Below, piece after piece: positions 18,681-29,664 of a stretch of 35,709 bases of DNA. Source of the DNA: Yimella sp. (GTDB lineage: Bacteria > Actinomycetota > Actinomycetes > Actinomycetales > Dermatophilaceae); assembly GCA_030150425.1 (NCBI GenBank), contig JASLFY010000382.1:1-35709 (forward strand), given 5' to 3'. How positions within the stretch are numbered: the first letter of the stretch is position 1; each line of letters begins with the position of its first letter. The notes under the pieces were generated by a model. That model saw only the letters and a program-made list of their open reading frames with translations. It did not search any database and had not been told where the DNA came from. The translations under genes were made by a program, and so were the position numbers.

Positions 18681-18714
18681 GGCGTTGATCGTGATCCTCA
18701 GGTCTGCGGGCTGC

Positions 18715-18756
18715 AAAAAGTGTACGGCCGGACCCGCATCGCGGATCCGGCCGTAC
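18715..18756 (-). terminator. Intrinsic terminator of the ctaC-ctaD-ctaF operon
   Basis: Minus strand: GTACGGCCGGATCCGC-GAT-GCGGGTCCGGCCGTAC then ACTTTTT, 22 nt after the ctaF stop. Confidence 0.85.
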
Positions 18757-18778
18757 GGCGTTGTTATGGAGTGCCTGG

Positions 18779-19192
18779 TCAGGCGGCGTTCTCGCCCCGG
18801 AAGAACTCGAAGGTCCAACCGACGACCGACAGCATCAGCAGCGGCATCGAGATGATCACGAACCACCAGCCGACAGCGGCGCCGAACATCAGCAGCGCGC
18901 AGGAGCCGGCCAGTGCCAGCGGCCACCAGGAGTGCGGCGCGAAGAAGCCGAAGTCACCTTCGACGTCCGAGATCTCGCCGTCGAGGTCGTCGTCCGGTCG
19001 CGGGTCGGACTTCGCACCGGTGATCCGGAAGAAGAACCCGCACATGAAGCACAGGCCGGCGCTGAGCAACAGGCCCACGACACCCACCGGCTCGATGCCG
19101 CGCTCGGACTGCATGGTCGCGACGGTGTAGATCACCATCACGATGATGACGAACAGGCCGATGCCGTTGAACAGGCGTGCTTCGGTCTTCAT
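18779..19192 (-). CDS. ctaF: Cytochrome c oxidase subunit IV (actinobacterial)
   Basis: MKTEARLF..., [20 protein letters not shown]. Overlaps the ctaD stop. Confidence 0.93.
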   Translation of the reverse strand: MKTEARLFNGIGLFVIIVMVIYTVATMQSERGIEPVGVVGLLLSAGLCFMCGFFFRITGAKSDPRPDDDLDGEISDVEGDFGFFAPHSWWPLALAGSCALLMFGAAVGWWFVIISMPLLMLSVVGWTFEFFRGENAA

Positions 19193-20916
19193 CGGGTCGT
19201 CTCCTCCTCACCACGCGAGGTGGCGATGCGGCTGAGCATCTCGTTCGACGCACGGACGGACGCGGGCGCGGCCTCCGGGTGGTTCAGGTCGAACGCGGGA
19301 CGCTCGGAGCGGATACGCGGGATCGAGTTGAAGTTGTGACGCGGCGGCGGGCAGCTGGTGGCCCACTCGAGCGAGGCGCCGTAGCCCCACGGGTCGTCGG
19401 TGTTCACCAGCGGCGCGGTACGCCAGGTCTTCCACACGTTGTAGAAGAACGGGAGCATCGAGCAGCCGAGGATGAACGCACCGACGGTGGACACCTGGTT
19501 CATCCACTGGAAACCGTCCTCCGGCAGGTAGTCGGCGTAACGCCGCGGCATGCCGTCGACACCCAACCAGTGCTGGATCAGGAAGGTGGTGTGGAAGCCG
19601 ATGAACAGCATCCAGAAGTGGATCTTGCCCAGCGTCTCGTCGAGCATCCGACCGGTCAGCTTCGGCCACCAGAAGTAGAACCCGGCGAACATCGCGAACA
19701 CGACGGTGCCGAACACGACGTAGTGGAAGTGGGCCACGACGAAGTAGGAGTCGGTGAGCGAGAAGTCCAGGGCCGGGCTGGCCAGGATGACGCCGGTCAG
19801 ACCACCGAAGAGGAAGGTCACCAGGAAGCCCAGCGCCCACAGCATCGGCGTCTCGAAGGTGATCGAGCCACCCCACATCGTGCCGATCCAGTTGAAGAAC
19901 TTCACACCGGTCGGGACGGCGATCAGCATTGTCATGATCGCGAAGAACGGCAGCAGCACCTGGCCGGTGGCGTACATGTGGTGGGCCCACACGGTCACCG
20001 ACAGGGCGGCGATCGCGATGGTCGCCATGACCAGCGACTTGTAACCGAAGATCGGCTTGCGGCTGAACACCGGGATGATCTCGGAGATGATGCCGAAGAA
20101 CGGCAACGCGATGATGTAGACCTCGGGGTGGCCGAAGAACCAGAACATGTGTTGCCAGAGCATCGCGCCGGCCGTCTCCGGGTCGAAGACGTGGGCACCG
20201 AGCACACGGTCCATGCCGAGGCCGAACAGCGCGGCGGCCAGCACCGGGAAGACCACGAGCGCGAGTATCGAGGTGATCAGCACGGTCCAGGTGAAGATCG
20301 GCATCCGGAACATGGTCATGCCCGGGGCGCGCATGCAGACGATGGTGGTGATGAAGTTCACCGAACCGAGGATGGTTCCGAAACCACCCAGGCTCAGACC
20401 GAAGACCCACAGGTTGCCACCGAGGCCGGGGCTGAACGTGGATCCGGAAAGCGGCGCGTAGGCGAACCAACCGAAGGCGGCCGCGCCCTGCGGGGTGAGG
20501 AAACCGAAGGCGGCGATCAGACCACCGAACAGGAACAGCCAGTAGGCGAACATGTTCAGGCGGGGGAAGGCGACGTCGGGCGAACCGATCTGCAGCGGCA
20601 CCAGCGCGTTGGCGAAGCCGGCGAACAGCGGCGTCGCGAACAGCAGCAGCATGATCGTGCCGTGCATGGTGAACAGCTGGTTGAACTGCTCGGGGTTGTC
20701 GACGACCTGCAGGCCGGGCTCCCAGAGCTCGGCGCGGATCATCAACGCGAGCACGCCACCGAGCAGGAAGAACGCCATCGAGGTGATGAAGTAGAGGTTG
20801 CCGATCACCTTGTGGTCGGTGGTGGTGATCCACTTCACGACGGTGCGGCCCGGGTGACGCTGCGGCTTGCCGCGCTCACCGCGCAGCTGCGCGTCGACGG
20901 GGACGGTGGTTGCCAT
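19189..20916 (-). CDS. ctaD: Cytochrome c oxidase (aa3) subunit I
   Basis: [32 protein letters not shown] motifs. Confidence 0.98.
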   Translation of the reverse strand: MATTVPVDAQLRGERGKPQRHPGRTVVKWITTTDHKVIGNLYFITSMAFFLLGGVLALMIRAELWEPGLQVVDNPEQFNQLFTMHGTIMLLLFATPLFAGFANALVPLQIGSPDVAFPRLNMFAYWLFLFGGLIAAFGFLTPQGAAAFGWFAYAPLSGSTFSPGLGGNLWVFGLSLGGFGTILGSVNFITTIVCMRAPGMTMFRMPIFTWTVLITSILALVVFPVLAAALFGLGMDRVLGAHVFDPETAGAMLWQHMFWFFGHPEVYIIALPFFGIISEIIPVFSRKPIFGYKSLVMATIAIAALSVTVWAHHMYATGQVLLPFFAIMTMLIAVPTGVKFFNWIGTMWGGSITFETPMLWALGFLVTFLFGGLTGVILASPALDFSLTDSYFVVAHFHYVVFGTVVFAMFAGFYFWWPKLTGRMLDETLGKIHFWMLFIGFHTTFLIQHWLGVDGMPRRYADYLPEDGFQWMNQVSTVGAFILGCSMLPFFYNVWKTWRTAPLVNTDDPWGYGASLEWATSCPPPRHNFNSIPRIRSERPAFDLNHPEAAPASVRASNEMLSRIATSRGEEETTR

Positions 20917-21854
20917 TACTTGCCCTCCACGACATCGGACTGGTCGACGCCCGGCGGCAGGTACTGCTGCTCACCCGGCACCAGCGCGGAACCCTTGCGA
21001 GCCATCGAGTTCGACAGGAACCCGGTGTTGCCCTCGGCCTTCAGCTGGTTGATGTGCTTGGTGTAGTCGGCCTCGCTGACCACCTTGACCTGGAACAGCA
21101 TCTGCGAGTGGTAGGCACCGCACAGCTCGGCGCACTTGCCCTGGAAGGTGCCGATCTGGTTCGGGACGACCTGGAACTTGTTGACCCGGCCCGGGATCAT
21201 GTCCATCTTCTGCAGGAACTGGATGACCCAGAAGGTGTGGTTCACGTCGCGGGTGGTCAGCACGAACTCGACGCGCTTGTTCACCGGCAGGTAGAGCGTC
21301 GGCAGCGTCTTCTCGACGCCCGGCTTGCCGTTCAGCTGCGCCTGGGTGCCGGAGTCGTAGACCTTCGCGTCGACGTAGTTGAAGTCCCAGCTCCACTGCT
21401 TGCCGACGACGTTGATCGTCACGTCGGGCTTCTTCGAGGTGTCCAGCATCTTGTTCTCGATCTGGACGGTCTTGCCGAACAGGACGGCGACCATCAGGAC
21501 CGGGACGATGGTGAACAGCATCTCGATCGGCACGTGGTAGGCGATCTGCGGCGGAAGACCGGTGTCGGTCTTCTTGCGGCGGTAGCGCGCCATGCACCAG
21601 AACATCAGGCCCCAGGTGAGGACACCGACGGCGAGCGCCCAGGCCCACGTTCCGACCCAGAAATCCTGGATCTGCGGGGACAGCTGGGTGACGCCCTTGG
21701 GCAAGAAGCCGCGACGCTGGTAGTCGGTGCAACCGCTGAGCAACAGTGCTGCACCGGCAAGGCCGGCGGCACCGGTCAGACGCTTGGTCGTCCGTGAGTG
21801 GGAGCGCTTCGACGTGGGCCGCACGTCAGGCTCGCTTCGATTGGTTCCAGGCAC
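20916..21854 (-). CDS. ctaC: Cytochrome c oxidase subunit II (CuA)
   Basis: LSGC lipobox, [20 protein letters not shown]uA motif. TAAGGT lies 6 nt before the GTG. Confidence 0.96.
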   Translation of the reverse strand: MPGTNRSEPDVRPTSKRSHSRTTKRLTGAAGLAGAALLLSGCTDYQRRGFLPKGVTQLSPQIQDFWVGTWAWALAVGVLTWGLMFWCMARYRRKKTDTGLPPQIAYHVPIEMLFTIVPVLMVAVLFGKTVQIENKMLDTSKKPDVTINVVGKQWSWDFNYVDAKVYDSGTQAQLNGKPGVEKTLPTLYLPVNKRVEFVLTTRDVNHTFWVIQFLQKMDMIPGRVNKFQVVPNQIGTFQGKCAELCGAYHSQMLFQVKVVSEADYTKHINQLKAEGNTGFLSNSMARKGSALVPGEQQYLPPGVDQSDVVEGK

Positions 21855-21956
21855 GAGGAAACCTTATCCCAGTGCCGTACGTTCGCGCGGTCGGGGTCGA
21901 CCGATCGGCCTGTCGCACGAGGCAATCCGGACGTTCCCTCGACGCTCACCCGATGC

Positions 21957-22655
21957 TCACTCGGAGGCAGCTCGGAACGCCCTCGGAAGTGGCTCGGAAA
22001 CCGCCCGCCCGACCCGCTCGCGGTAGTCCGCGCGCGGGATCTCCCGCACACCCTGCGCGGCGAGGTGCGGGGTCGACCACTGCACGTCGAAGATCGCCGC
22101 GGTCGCGCCCGCCTCGAAGACCAGGTCGGCGGCCGCCCACAGGGCGACTTTGCTGGCGTCCGTACGCCGGTGGAACATCGACTCCCCCGCGAACAACGCG
22201 CCGATCGCGACGCCGTACAGGCCTCCGGCCAAGTCCCCCGCCTCGTCCCAGACCTCGACCGAGTGGGCCCACCCGAGTCGGTGCAGTTCGCCGTACGCCT
22301 CGGCGAACCGGTCGGTGATCCAGGCGCCGTCGCGGCGCGGGTCGGCGCAGCCGGCGACGACGTCGTCGAACGCCTCGTCGACGGTGACGCTGAACCGGCG
22401 GCTGGTGCGGCGCAGCGAGCGGTGTACGCGGTGGTCCCCCGGCAGCAGCACGCCGCGGTGCACCGGCGACCACCAGCCGATCGGGCCGTGGCCGCCATCC
22501 TCCAGCCCCATCGGGAAGAAGCCGTTGCGGTACGCCGCGAGCAAGGTGCCCGGTTCGAGGTCTCCCCCGCTGGCCACCAGATCGCCCGACCAGTCCGCCA
22601 GGTCGGCGGGGTCGATCTCGAAGACGAACCGGGAGGCCGGCGGTTCGATCGGCAC
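21957..22655 (-). CDS. aat: Leucyl/phenylalanyl-tRNA--protein transferase
   Basis: LLAAYRNGFFPM, WWSP, AHSVEVW, GGLYGV, FAGESMFH, ASKVAL. Start refined to GTG (VPIEPP). Confidence 0.93.
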   Translation of the reverse strand: MPIEPPASRFVFEIDPADLADWSGDLVASGGDLEPGTLLAAYRNGFFPMGLEDGGHGPIGWWSPVHRGVLLPGDHRVHRSLRRTSRRFSVTVDEAFDDVVAGCADPRRDGAWITDRFAEAYGELHRLGWAHSVEVWDEAGDLAGGLYGVAIGALFAGESMFHRRTDASKVALWAAADLVFEAGATAAIFDVQWSTPHLAAQGVREIPRADYRERVGRAVSEPLPRAFRAASE

Positions 22656-22669
22656 GGAGGTCGCCGCGC

Positions 22670-23644
22670 TCAGCCGAGGTGCGGCGCGACGGCGGCTCGG
22701 GCGTCGGCGCCGTACGCCTCCTCGAGGCGCTCCAGGAAGCGCTGCGGGCGCAGGTCGTACTCCTGGGTGCCGACGGTCTCGACGACGTACGTCGCCAGCA
22801 TCGACCCGACCTGCGCGCAGGTCTGCAGGTCGAGGTCCCACGCGAGCCCGCACAGGAAGCCGGCCCGGAAGGCGTCGCCGACACCGGTCGGGTCGACGGC
22901 CGGGACCTTCGCCGCGATCGGGATCTCGATCGGGTCGTGGCCGGCGCGCAGGATGACCGCGCCGTCCTTGCCCTTGGTCATCACCTGGGTGTCGACGCGG
23001 TCCAGGATCTCGTCGGCCGACCAGCCGGTCTTGCTGCTGACCAGCTCGGCTTCGTAGTCGTTGGTGAACAGGTAGGTGGCACCGTCGATGAGGTGGCGGA
23101 TCAGGTCGCCGTCGCCGAACGCCAACTGCTGCGACGGGTCGGCGACGAAGTCGATGCCGCGGGTGCGGCACTCGGTGGTGTGTCGGCGCATCGCCTCGGG
23201 GTCGTTGGGGCCGACCACGACCAGGTCGAGGCCGCCCACGCGCTGCGCGATCGGCTCCAGTTCGATGTTGCGGGCCTCGCTCATCGCACCCGGGTAGAAG
23301 GTCGCCATCTGCGCCATCTCGGTGTCCGTGGTGCACACGAAGCGCGCGGTGTGTCGGGTGTCGGAGACGTGGATGGAGGTGCAGTCGACGTCGTGGCGCT
23401 CGAGCCACGAGCGGTAGTCGGCGAAGTCCTCGCCGACGGCGCCGACCAGGATCGGCCGAACGCCGAGGTTGCCCATGCCGAACGCGATGTTCGCGCCCAC
23501 GCCGCCGCGGCGGATCTGCAGGTCGTCGGCCAGGAAGCTGACCGAGATCTTGTGCAACTGGTCGACGACCAGGGAGTCGGCGAACCGGCCACCGAAGGTC
23601 ATCAGGTGGTCGGTCGCGATGGATCCGGTGACGGCGATCTTCAT
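22670..23644 (-). CDS. adoK: PfkB family carbohydrate kinase (adenosine kinase-like)
   Basis: VTGSIATDHLM, GGVGANIA, DPSQQL, DPTGVGDAFRAG motifs. Confidence 0.88.
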   Translation of the reverse strand: MKIAVTGSIATDHLMTFGGRFADSLVVDQLHKISVSFLADDLQIRRGGVGANIAFGMGNLGVRPILVGAVGEDFADYRSWLERHDVDCTSIHVSDTRHTARFVCTTDTEMAQMATFYPGAMSEARNIELEPIAQRVGGLDLVVVGPNDPEAMRRHTTECRTRGIDFVADPSQQLAFGDGDLIRHLIDGATYLFTNDYEAELVSSKTGWSADEILDRVDTQVMTKGKDGAVILRAGHDPIEIPIAAKVPAVDPTGVGDAFRAGFLCGLAWDLDLQTCAQVGSMLATYVVETVGTQEYDLRPQRFLERLEEAYGADARAAVAPHLG

Positions 23645-23667
23645 GAGCCAGAACCTACCGGCCGGTC

Positions 23668-23713
23668 AGAAAAGAGGACACCGCAGGACTGCATCGTGCA
23701 GTCCCGCGGTGTC
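23668..23713 (-). terminator. Intrinsic terminator downstream of erpA
   Basis: Minus strand: GACACCGCGGGACTGCA-CGA-TGCAGTCCTGCGGTGTC then CTCTTTTCT. Confidence 0.85.
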
Positions 23714-23736
23714 GTCGAACGCGCGGCGTGGAGCGA

Positions 23737-24120
23737 TCAGCTGAAGCTGTCGCCGCAGGCGCAGCTGCTGCCGGCGTTCGGGTTGTCGATGGTGAAGCCC
23801 TGCTTCTCGATCGTGTCGGCGAAGTCGATGGTCGCGCCCTCGAGGTACGGGGCGGACATGCGGTCCACGACGACCTCGACACCGTCGAAGTCGCGGACGA
23901 GGTCACCGTCGAGGGTGCGCTCGTCGAAGTAGAGCTGGTAGATCAGACCGGAGCAACCGCCCGGCTGCACGCCGACGCGCAGGCGCAGGTCGTCGCGACC
24001 CTCCTGCTCCAGCAGGCTCTTCACCTTGCCGGCGGCGACACCGGTGAGCTCGACCCCGTGGGCCTTGGTCTCGACCGTCGCCTCGGAAGCCGTCTCGGTC
24101 ACGTTGCTGTCGATGCTCAT
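23737..24120 (-). CDS. erpA: A-type Fe-S cluster carrier (HesB/IscA/ErpA family)
   Basis: GGCSG, NPNA and CACGDSF motifs. AAGGA RBS. Confidence 0.92.
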   Translation of the reverse strand: MSIDSNVTETASEATVETKAHGVELTGVAAGKVKSLLEQEGRDDLRLRVGVQPGGCSGLIYQLYFDERTLDGDLVRDFDGVEVVVDRMSAPYLEGATIDFADTIEKQGFTIDNPNAGSSCACGDSFS

Positions 24121-24222
24121 GTTTCACGTTCCTTCGTGATCGCGGGGAAACCCGGAAGGATTTCGACTTGCCGCCGGTGCCAACCACCGAGCGGCTCGGT
24201 TTCTTCCCGGGCGCCTGTCGTC

Positions 24223-25263
24223 CTAGCGTACGTCGCCGCGCGCGGCGGGCGTCCACGTGTTCGCCACGCGGCGTACGAGGCCCGCCAGATCGGCACGCGC
24301 GACGCCCACCGTGGCGCCCTGGTCGCGGAACCGACCGGGCCGGTGCACGGCGTACGCGCCCTGGACGCCGAGCGACATCTGCTCACGGCGTCCGACGTGG
24401 ACCTCGTCGGCGATGACGACGATCGCGGTGGCGGCGGCGGCCGCCAGGTCGGTCGTCGTCCGCAGCACGCTGTGGTCGAGCACCCGCCAGTCGAAGACGG
24501 TGGTGGTCGTCACGACGAGGTCGGCCGCCGCGACGTGTTCGGCCAGTCCGGTGGCGGCGGCGCTGTACGTCGGCGCCGACACCAGCTGCGCACCGGCGGC
24601 CGCCAGCAGGTAGCCGAGGCCGCCGCCGGCACCGGCACCCGGCTGACGTTCGGCACGCAGCGTCGTCCCGGACAGCAGGTCGCGCTTGTCCGGATGGGCC
24701 GCTCGCACCCGCTCGACCCAGTCGCCGAGCGAGCGCTCCACGTCCTGGGCCTCCTGCCGGCCGAGCCCCCGTTCCTCGACGGCGGAGTACGCCGCGCCCT
24801 GGAACCCGAGCAGCACCCGGTCGGTGTCCGGCAGCGCGACCAGACGGCGTGCGTCCAACGCCGCCGGATCGTCGGCGCCGGTGAACCCCCGCAGGAAGCC
24901 GCGGCCGCCGTCGATCTGCGGCGCATCGCCCAGGGCGAGCACCACCTGGTCGCAACCGTCGGCGAGCAGTCGCGCGGCGGCGGCCCCGACCGCCTCACCG
25001 GACTCCCCCGCGTCGAGGAACGCCCGCTCACGGCCGAGGACGTACGCCGGGACCGTGGCGCCCGCGACATCGAGGACGGTCGGTTCCGCGCCGACGGATG
25101 CGGCCAGGGCCGCCGCGGTCCCGCGGCGCCCGCCGCCCTGCGCACAGACCTGGACGTCGACGTGTGCCGCGGCCGCCCGCCACGCCTGCTCGACCAGCGC
25201 CGCCGCCTCGGTGGCCGGCAGCGGGCCGAACGCGTCGGAGGCGACCAGAACCCGGATCGTCAC
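24223..25263 (-). CDS. Glycerate kinase family protein with degenerate motifs
   Basis: VLVASDAFG, DGGRGFL, PGAGAGGGLGY, ADLVVT. GTGA overlap with the dipeptidase stop. Confidence 0.78.
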   Translation of the reverse strand: MTIRVLVASDAFGPLPATEAAALVEQAWRAAAAHVDVQVCAQGGGRRGTAAALAASVGAEPTVLDVAGATVPAYVLGRERAFLDAGESGEAVGAAAARLLADGCDQVVLALGDAPQIDGGRGFLRGFTGADDPAALDARRLVALPDTDRVLLGFQGAAYSAVEERGLGRQEAQDVERSLGDWVERVRAAHPDKRDLLSGTTLRAERQPGAGAGGGLGYLLAAAGAQLVSAPTYSAAATGLAEHVAAADLVVTTTTVFDWRVLDHSVLRTTTDLAAAAATAIVVIADEVHVGRREQMSLGVQGAYAVHRPGRFRDQGATVGVARADLAGLVRRVANTWTPAARGDVR

Positions 25264-26630
25264 CGCGTCGCGATGCGGTCCAGCAGCAGCGCCTCGGCGA
25301 GGCAGACCCGCTCGAACTCGGCGAGGTGCAGGCTTTCGTTGGCGCCGTGTGCGCGGCTGTCGGGGTCCTCGACACCGGTCACCAGGATCGCCGCCTGCGG
25401 GAAGCGCTCCGCGAAAGCGGCGACGAACGGGATCGACCCGCCGACACCGATGTCGACCGGTTGCTGCCCGTCCCAGGCGTCGGTGAAGCTGGCGCGGGCG
25501 GCGTCGTAGATCGGGCCCTCGGCGTCGGCCGCGAAGCCGGCGCCCTCGTCGTCCAGGGTCACCTCGAGCTCCGCGCCCCACGGGGTGTGCTCGGCGAGGT
25601 GGGCACGCAGCAGGTCGTACGCGTGACGCGGGTCCTCGTCGGCGGCGATGCGCATCGACACCTTCGCCCGGGCCTTCGGCACCAAGGTGTTGGACGCGGT
25701 GTCGACCGACGGAGCGTCGATGCCGATCGTGGTGATCGACGGCTTGGTCCACAGCCGGGACAGGAACGACCCACTGCCGATCGGGGTGACGCCGTCGAGC
25801 AGCCCGGACTCGGCTCGCAGCCGCGCCTCGTCGTAGTCGAGGTCGGCGGCCACGCCCTGGGACAGGCCCTGGACGGCGACCTCGCCGGCGTCGTCGTGCA
25901 GGCTCGCCAGCACGCGGACCAGGGCGGTCAGCGCGTCGGGCACGGCGCCGCCGTACATCCCGGAGTGGATCGCGTGGTCGAGCGTGCGGACCGTGACGAC
26001 GACGCGGATCATGCCGCGCAGCGTGGTGGTCAGGGCGGGGACGCCGACCTCCCAGTTGGTCGAGTCGGCCAGCACGATCGCGTCGGCCCGCAGGTCCTCG
26101 CCGTGGCGCTCCAGGATGGTGGCCAGCGAGTCCGAACCGATCTCCTCCTCGCCCTCGACGAAGATGTTGACGCCGACCGGCGGGCGACCGCCGTGGGCGC
26201 GCAGGGCGGCGATGTGAGCCATGACGCCGGCCTTGTCGTCGGCGGCGCCGCGACCGTACAACCGGCCGTCGCGCTCGGTCGGCTCGAACGGCGGGGTGTC
26301 CCAGTCGGCGTCGTCGCCCGGCGGCTGGACGTCGTGGTGGGCGTACAACGTCACGGTCGGAGCACCCTCGGGCGCCGGGATTCGACCGATGACCGCGGGG
26401 CGACCGCCCTCACGGACGATGCGTACGTCCATCCCCTCGGCGCGCAACAGGGTCGCGACGGCCTCGGCGCTGGTGTCGATCGTGCTCTGGTCGAACGAGT
26501 CGAGCGAGACGCTGGGGATCCGGGTCAGGGCCTCCAGGTCGGAGCGGACCTGCGGCATGAGCTCGCGTACGGCGTTGCGGAGTTCGGTCGTACGTGCGGT
26601 GTTCGAGGTGTCGGTCACGTTGTCAGTCAC
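25260..26630 (-). CDS. M20 family dipeptidase
   Basis: LYAHHDVQP, GRGAADDKAG, EGEEEIGS, HSGMYGG, AHGANES. Start refined to GTG 26630, 7 nt after TACGGT. Confidence 0.92.
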   Translation of the reverse strand: MTDNVTDTSNTARTTELRNAVRELMPQVRSDLEALTRIPSVSLDSFDQSTIDTSAEAVATLLRAEGMDVRIVREGGRPAVIGRIPAPEGAPTVTLYAHHDVQPPGDDADWDTPPFEPTERDGRLYGRGAADDKAGVMAHIAALRAHGGRPPVGVNIFVEGEEEIGSDSLATILERHGEDLRADAIVLADSTNWEVGVPALTTTLRGMIRVVVTVRTLDHAIHSGMYGGAVPDALTALVRVLASLHDDAGEVAVQGLSQGVAADLDYDEARLRAESGLLDGVTPIGSGSFLSRLWTKPSITTIGIDAPSVDTASNTLVPKARAKVSMRIAADEDPRHAYDLLRAHLAEHTPWGAELEVTLDDEGAGFAADAEGPIYDAARASFTDAWDGQQPVDIGVGGSIPFVAAFAERFPQAAILVTGVEDPDSRAHGANESLHLAEFERVCLAEALLLDRIATR

Positions 26631-26688
26631 GGCGCTCACCGTATCCGTGATTGGGCAGCCCCCTTCGCACCACGTACAGTTACCGATC

Positions 26689-27309
26689 GTGTTCGGGCGT
26701 GACAAGAAGACCGAGGAGCCGGCGGAGACCGCCACGGCTCTGCCTGCCGACGACGCGACGGTGAACGCGTCGCCGACCGAGGCGCCCTCCGGCGCCACCG
26801 GGAAGGGGCGCCCGACCCCCAAGCGCAAGGACGCGCAGGCCGCGCGGCGCCAGCCGCTGGTGCCCGCCGACCGCGAAGCCGCCCGCAAGGCGGCCAAGGA
26901 CCAGGCCCGGGTGCAGCGCGCACAGCAGCGTGAGGCGATGGCCCGCGGCGACGAGAAGGCGCTGCCGGCGCGCGACCGCGGTCCGATCCGCCGGTTCATC
27001 CGCGACACCGTCGACTCCCGCTGGAACATCGGCGAGATCCTGCTGCCGCTGATGCTGCTCATGCTGGTGATGACCGTGCTGCCCAACCGTGGCTTCCAGA
27101 TGGCGGCGCTGATCCTGGTGTGGGTCGTGCTGCTGGTCGGCATCGTCGACAGCGTGCTGCTCTGGCGCCGGCTGAAGAAGCAGATCCGCGAGCGTTTCCA
27201 CGAGGACCCGCCGCGCGGTTCGGCGCCGTACGCGATCATGCGCGCGATGCAGATGCGCATGTCGCGGATGCCGAAGCCGCAGGTCAAGCGCGGCGAGCAG
27301 CCCCGCTGA
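26689..27309 (+). CDS. DUF3043 family membrane protein
   Basis: GKGRPTPKRKDAQ, RDRGPIRRFIRDTVDSR, two TM helices, YAIMRAMQMR...PKPQVKRG. Confidence 0.88.
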   Translation: MFGRDKKTEEPAETATALPADDATVNASPTEAPSGATGKGRPTPKRKDAQAARRQPLVPADREAARKAAKDQARVQRAQQREAMARGDEKALPARDRGPIRRFIRDTVDSRWNIGEILLPLMLLMLVMTVLPNRGFQMAALILVWVVLLVGIVDSVLLWRRLKKQIRERFHEDPPRGSAPYAIMRAMQMRMSRMPKPQVKRGEQPR

Positions 27310-27315
27310 TCCGCC

Positions 27316-27501
27316 TCACGGTTCGAGCGACATCGGGCCGTAGACCGGCACCCCGTTCTCCCGCAGGGTGACACCGCGTACGCCGGCGCCGGCCAACTCC
27401 TGCCAGCTCTCCCCCAGCCACGCCTCGGCGTCCGCCCGCGTCGGGAAGACCGCCGACCCCGCGTCGTCGCCGCCGTCGTACGCCCAGGTCCATTCGCTCA
27501 C
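27316..27501 (-). CDS. Small hypothetical protein (61 aa)
   Basis: MSEWTWAY...FPTRADAEAWLGESWQEL...VYGPMSLEP. TACGGT lies 7 nt before GTG 27501. Confidence 0.7.
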   Translation of the reverse strand: MSEWTWAYDGGDDAGSAVFPTRADAEAWLGESWQELAGAGVRGVTLRENGVPVYGPMSLEP

Positions 27502-27582
27502 GGCGCCCACCGTACGGCCGTCCACACCTAGGGTGACCGGTGACGCCGTCAAACAGTGACGGCGACCCGGGAGGAGAACGGC

Positions 27583-28227
27583 ATGAGTGCTGTGCAGGAC
27601 ATCGTCGGCCAGGTCCCGATCGACCAGTTGGCCCAGCAGGTCGGCGCCGACGAGGAGTCGACCCGCGCCGCGGTGGAGCAGATCGTCCCCAGCCTGCTCG
27701 GCGGGCTGCAGGCGAACGCCCAGGACCCGGCCGGACAGGCCTCGTTGCTCGGCGCGCTCGGCGACCACCAGGGTGAGACGCCGGCGATCGACTCGGTCGA
27801 CACCGGTGACGGCCAGCGGATCGTCGACAACGTCTTCGGTGGGAACACCGACGAGGTCGTGAACCGGCTCGGCGGGATGCCCAGCGGCGCGGGCGGTGAC
27901 ATCGTCAAGAAGCTGCTTCCGATCCTCGCCCCGATCGTCCTGAACTACCTGTCCAAGCAGGTCCTCGGCCGCGCCGGTGGCGGCGCCGCACAGCCGACAC
28001 CGCAGCAGACGCAGCCCGACCCGCAGCAGCCCCAGCAGGACGGCTCGGCACCGGCTGACCAGAGCGGCGACGCCGGCTCGGGCGGTCTGGGCGACATCCT
28101 CGGGCAGGTCCTGGGTGGTGCGCTCGGTGGTGGATCCGGATCGACCGGAGGAACCGCCGGGCAGTCGGCTCTGCCCGGCGGTCTCGGTGACATCCTCGGC
28201 GGTCTGCTCGGCGGTGGGAAGCGCTGA
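27583..28227 (+). CDS. DUF937 family protein with Gly-rich tail
   Basis: GGAGGAG RBS. VPSLLGGL, DGQRIVDNVFG, KLLPILAPIVL, repeated GLGDILG. Confidence 0.85.
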   Translation: MSAVQDIVGQVPIDQLAQQVGADEESTRAAVEQIVPSLLGGLQANAQDPAGQASLLGALGDHQGETPAIDSVDTGDGQRIVDNVFGGNTDEVVNRLGGMPSGAGGDIVKKLLPILAPIVLNYLSKQVLGRAGGGAAQPTPQQTQPDPQQPQQDGSAPADQSGDAGSGGLGDILGQVLGGALGGGSGSTGGTAGQSALPGGLGDILGGLLGGGKR

Positions 28228-28240
28228 GCAGCCTCCCGCG

Positions 28241-29401
<1,161 letters not shown>

Positions 29402-29545
29402 GAAATTTCCACCCTCGATGAGGTCGGCTCGGTGAGAAGCCGGCAGCGTGCGCCGGAGCTGGCAGACGCATCTCCTGCGCCCGGGTCTGGGCGAGACGTC
29501 GTCAACACGATCGCGGGGGTGGAAGCGATCAGGTGGCCAAGGATG
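29402..29545 (-). promoter_or_regulatory. Putative structured 5' leader and promoter of the malic enzyme gene
   Basis: CATCCT -10 at 29545-29540. UUCCACCC (29524-29517) is complementary to GGGUGGAA (29414-29407), which covers the SD. Internal hairpins. Confidence 0.45.
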
Positions 29546-29664
29546 CCACAGAACACTCCGCTGCGTCGCCGGATCCGTGGACGGCCGGGCGTGTCGGCGT
29601 GCACCGGAGCGCATTAGGCTGTGCGGCGGATCAGCCGCTCAGCAAGGTGCAGGAGAGTTCACGC

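Noticed and set aside
29402..29664. Cobalamin riboswitch upstream of cobU
   Set aside because: No recognisable B12-box or GCCACTG element on the plus strand. The structure fits the malic enzyme leader better.
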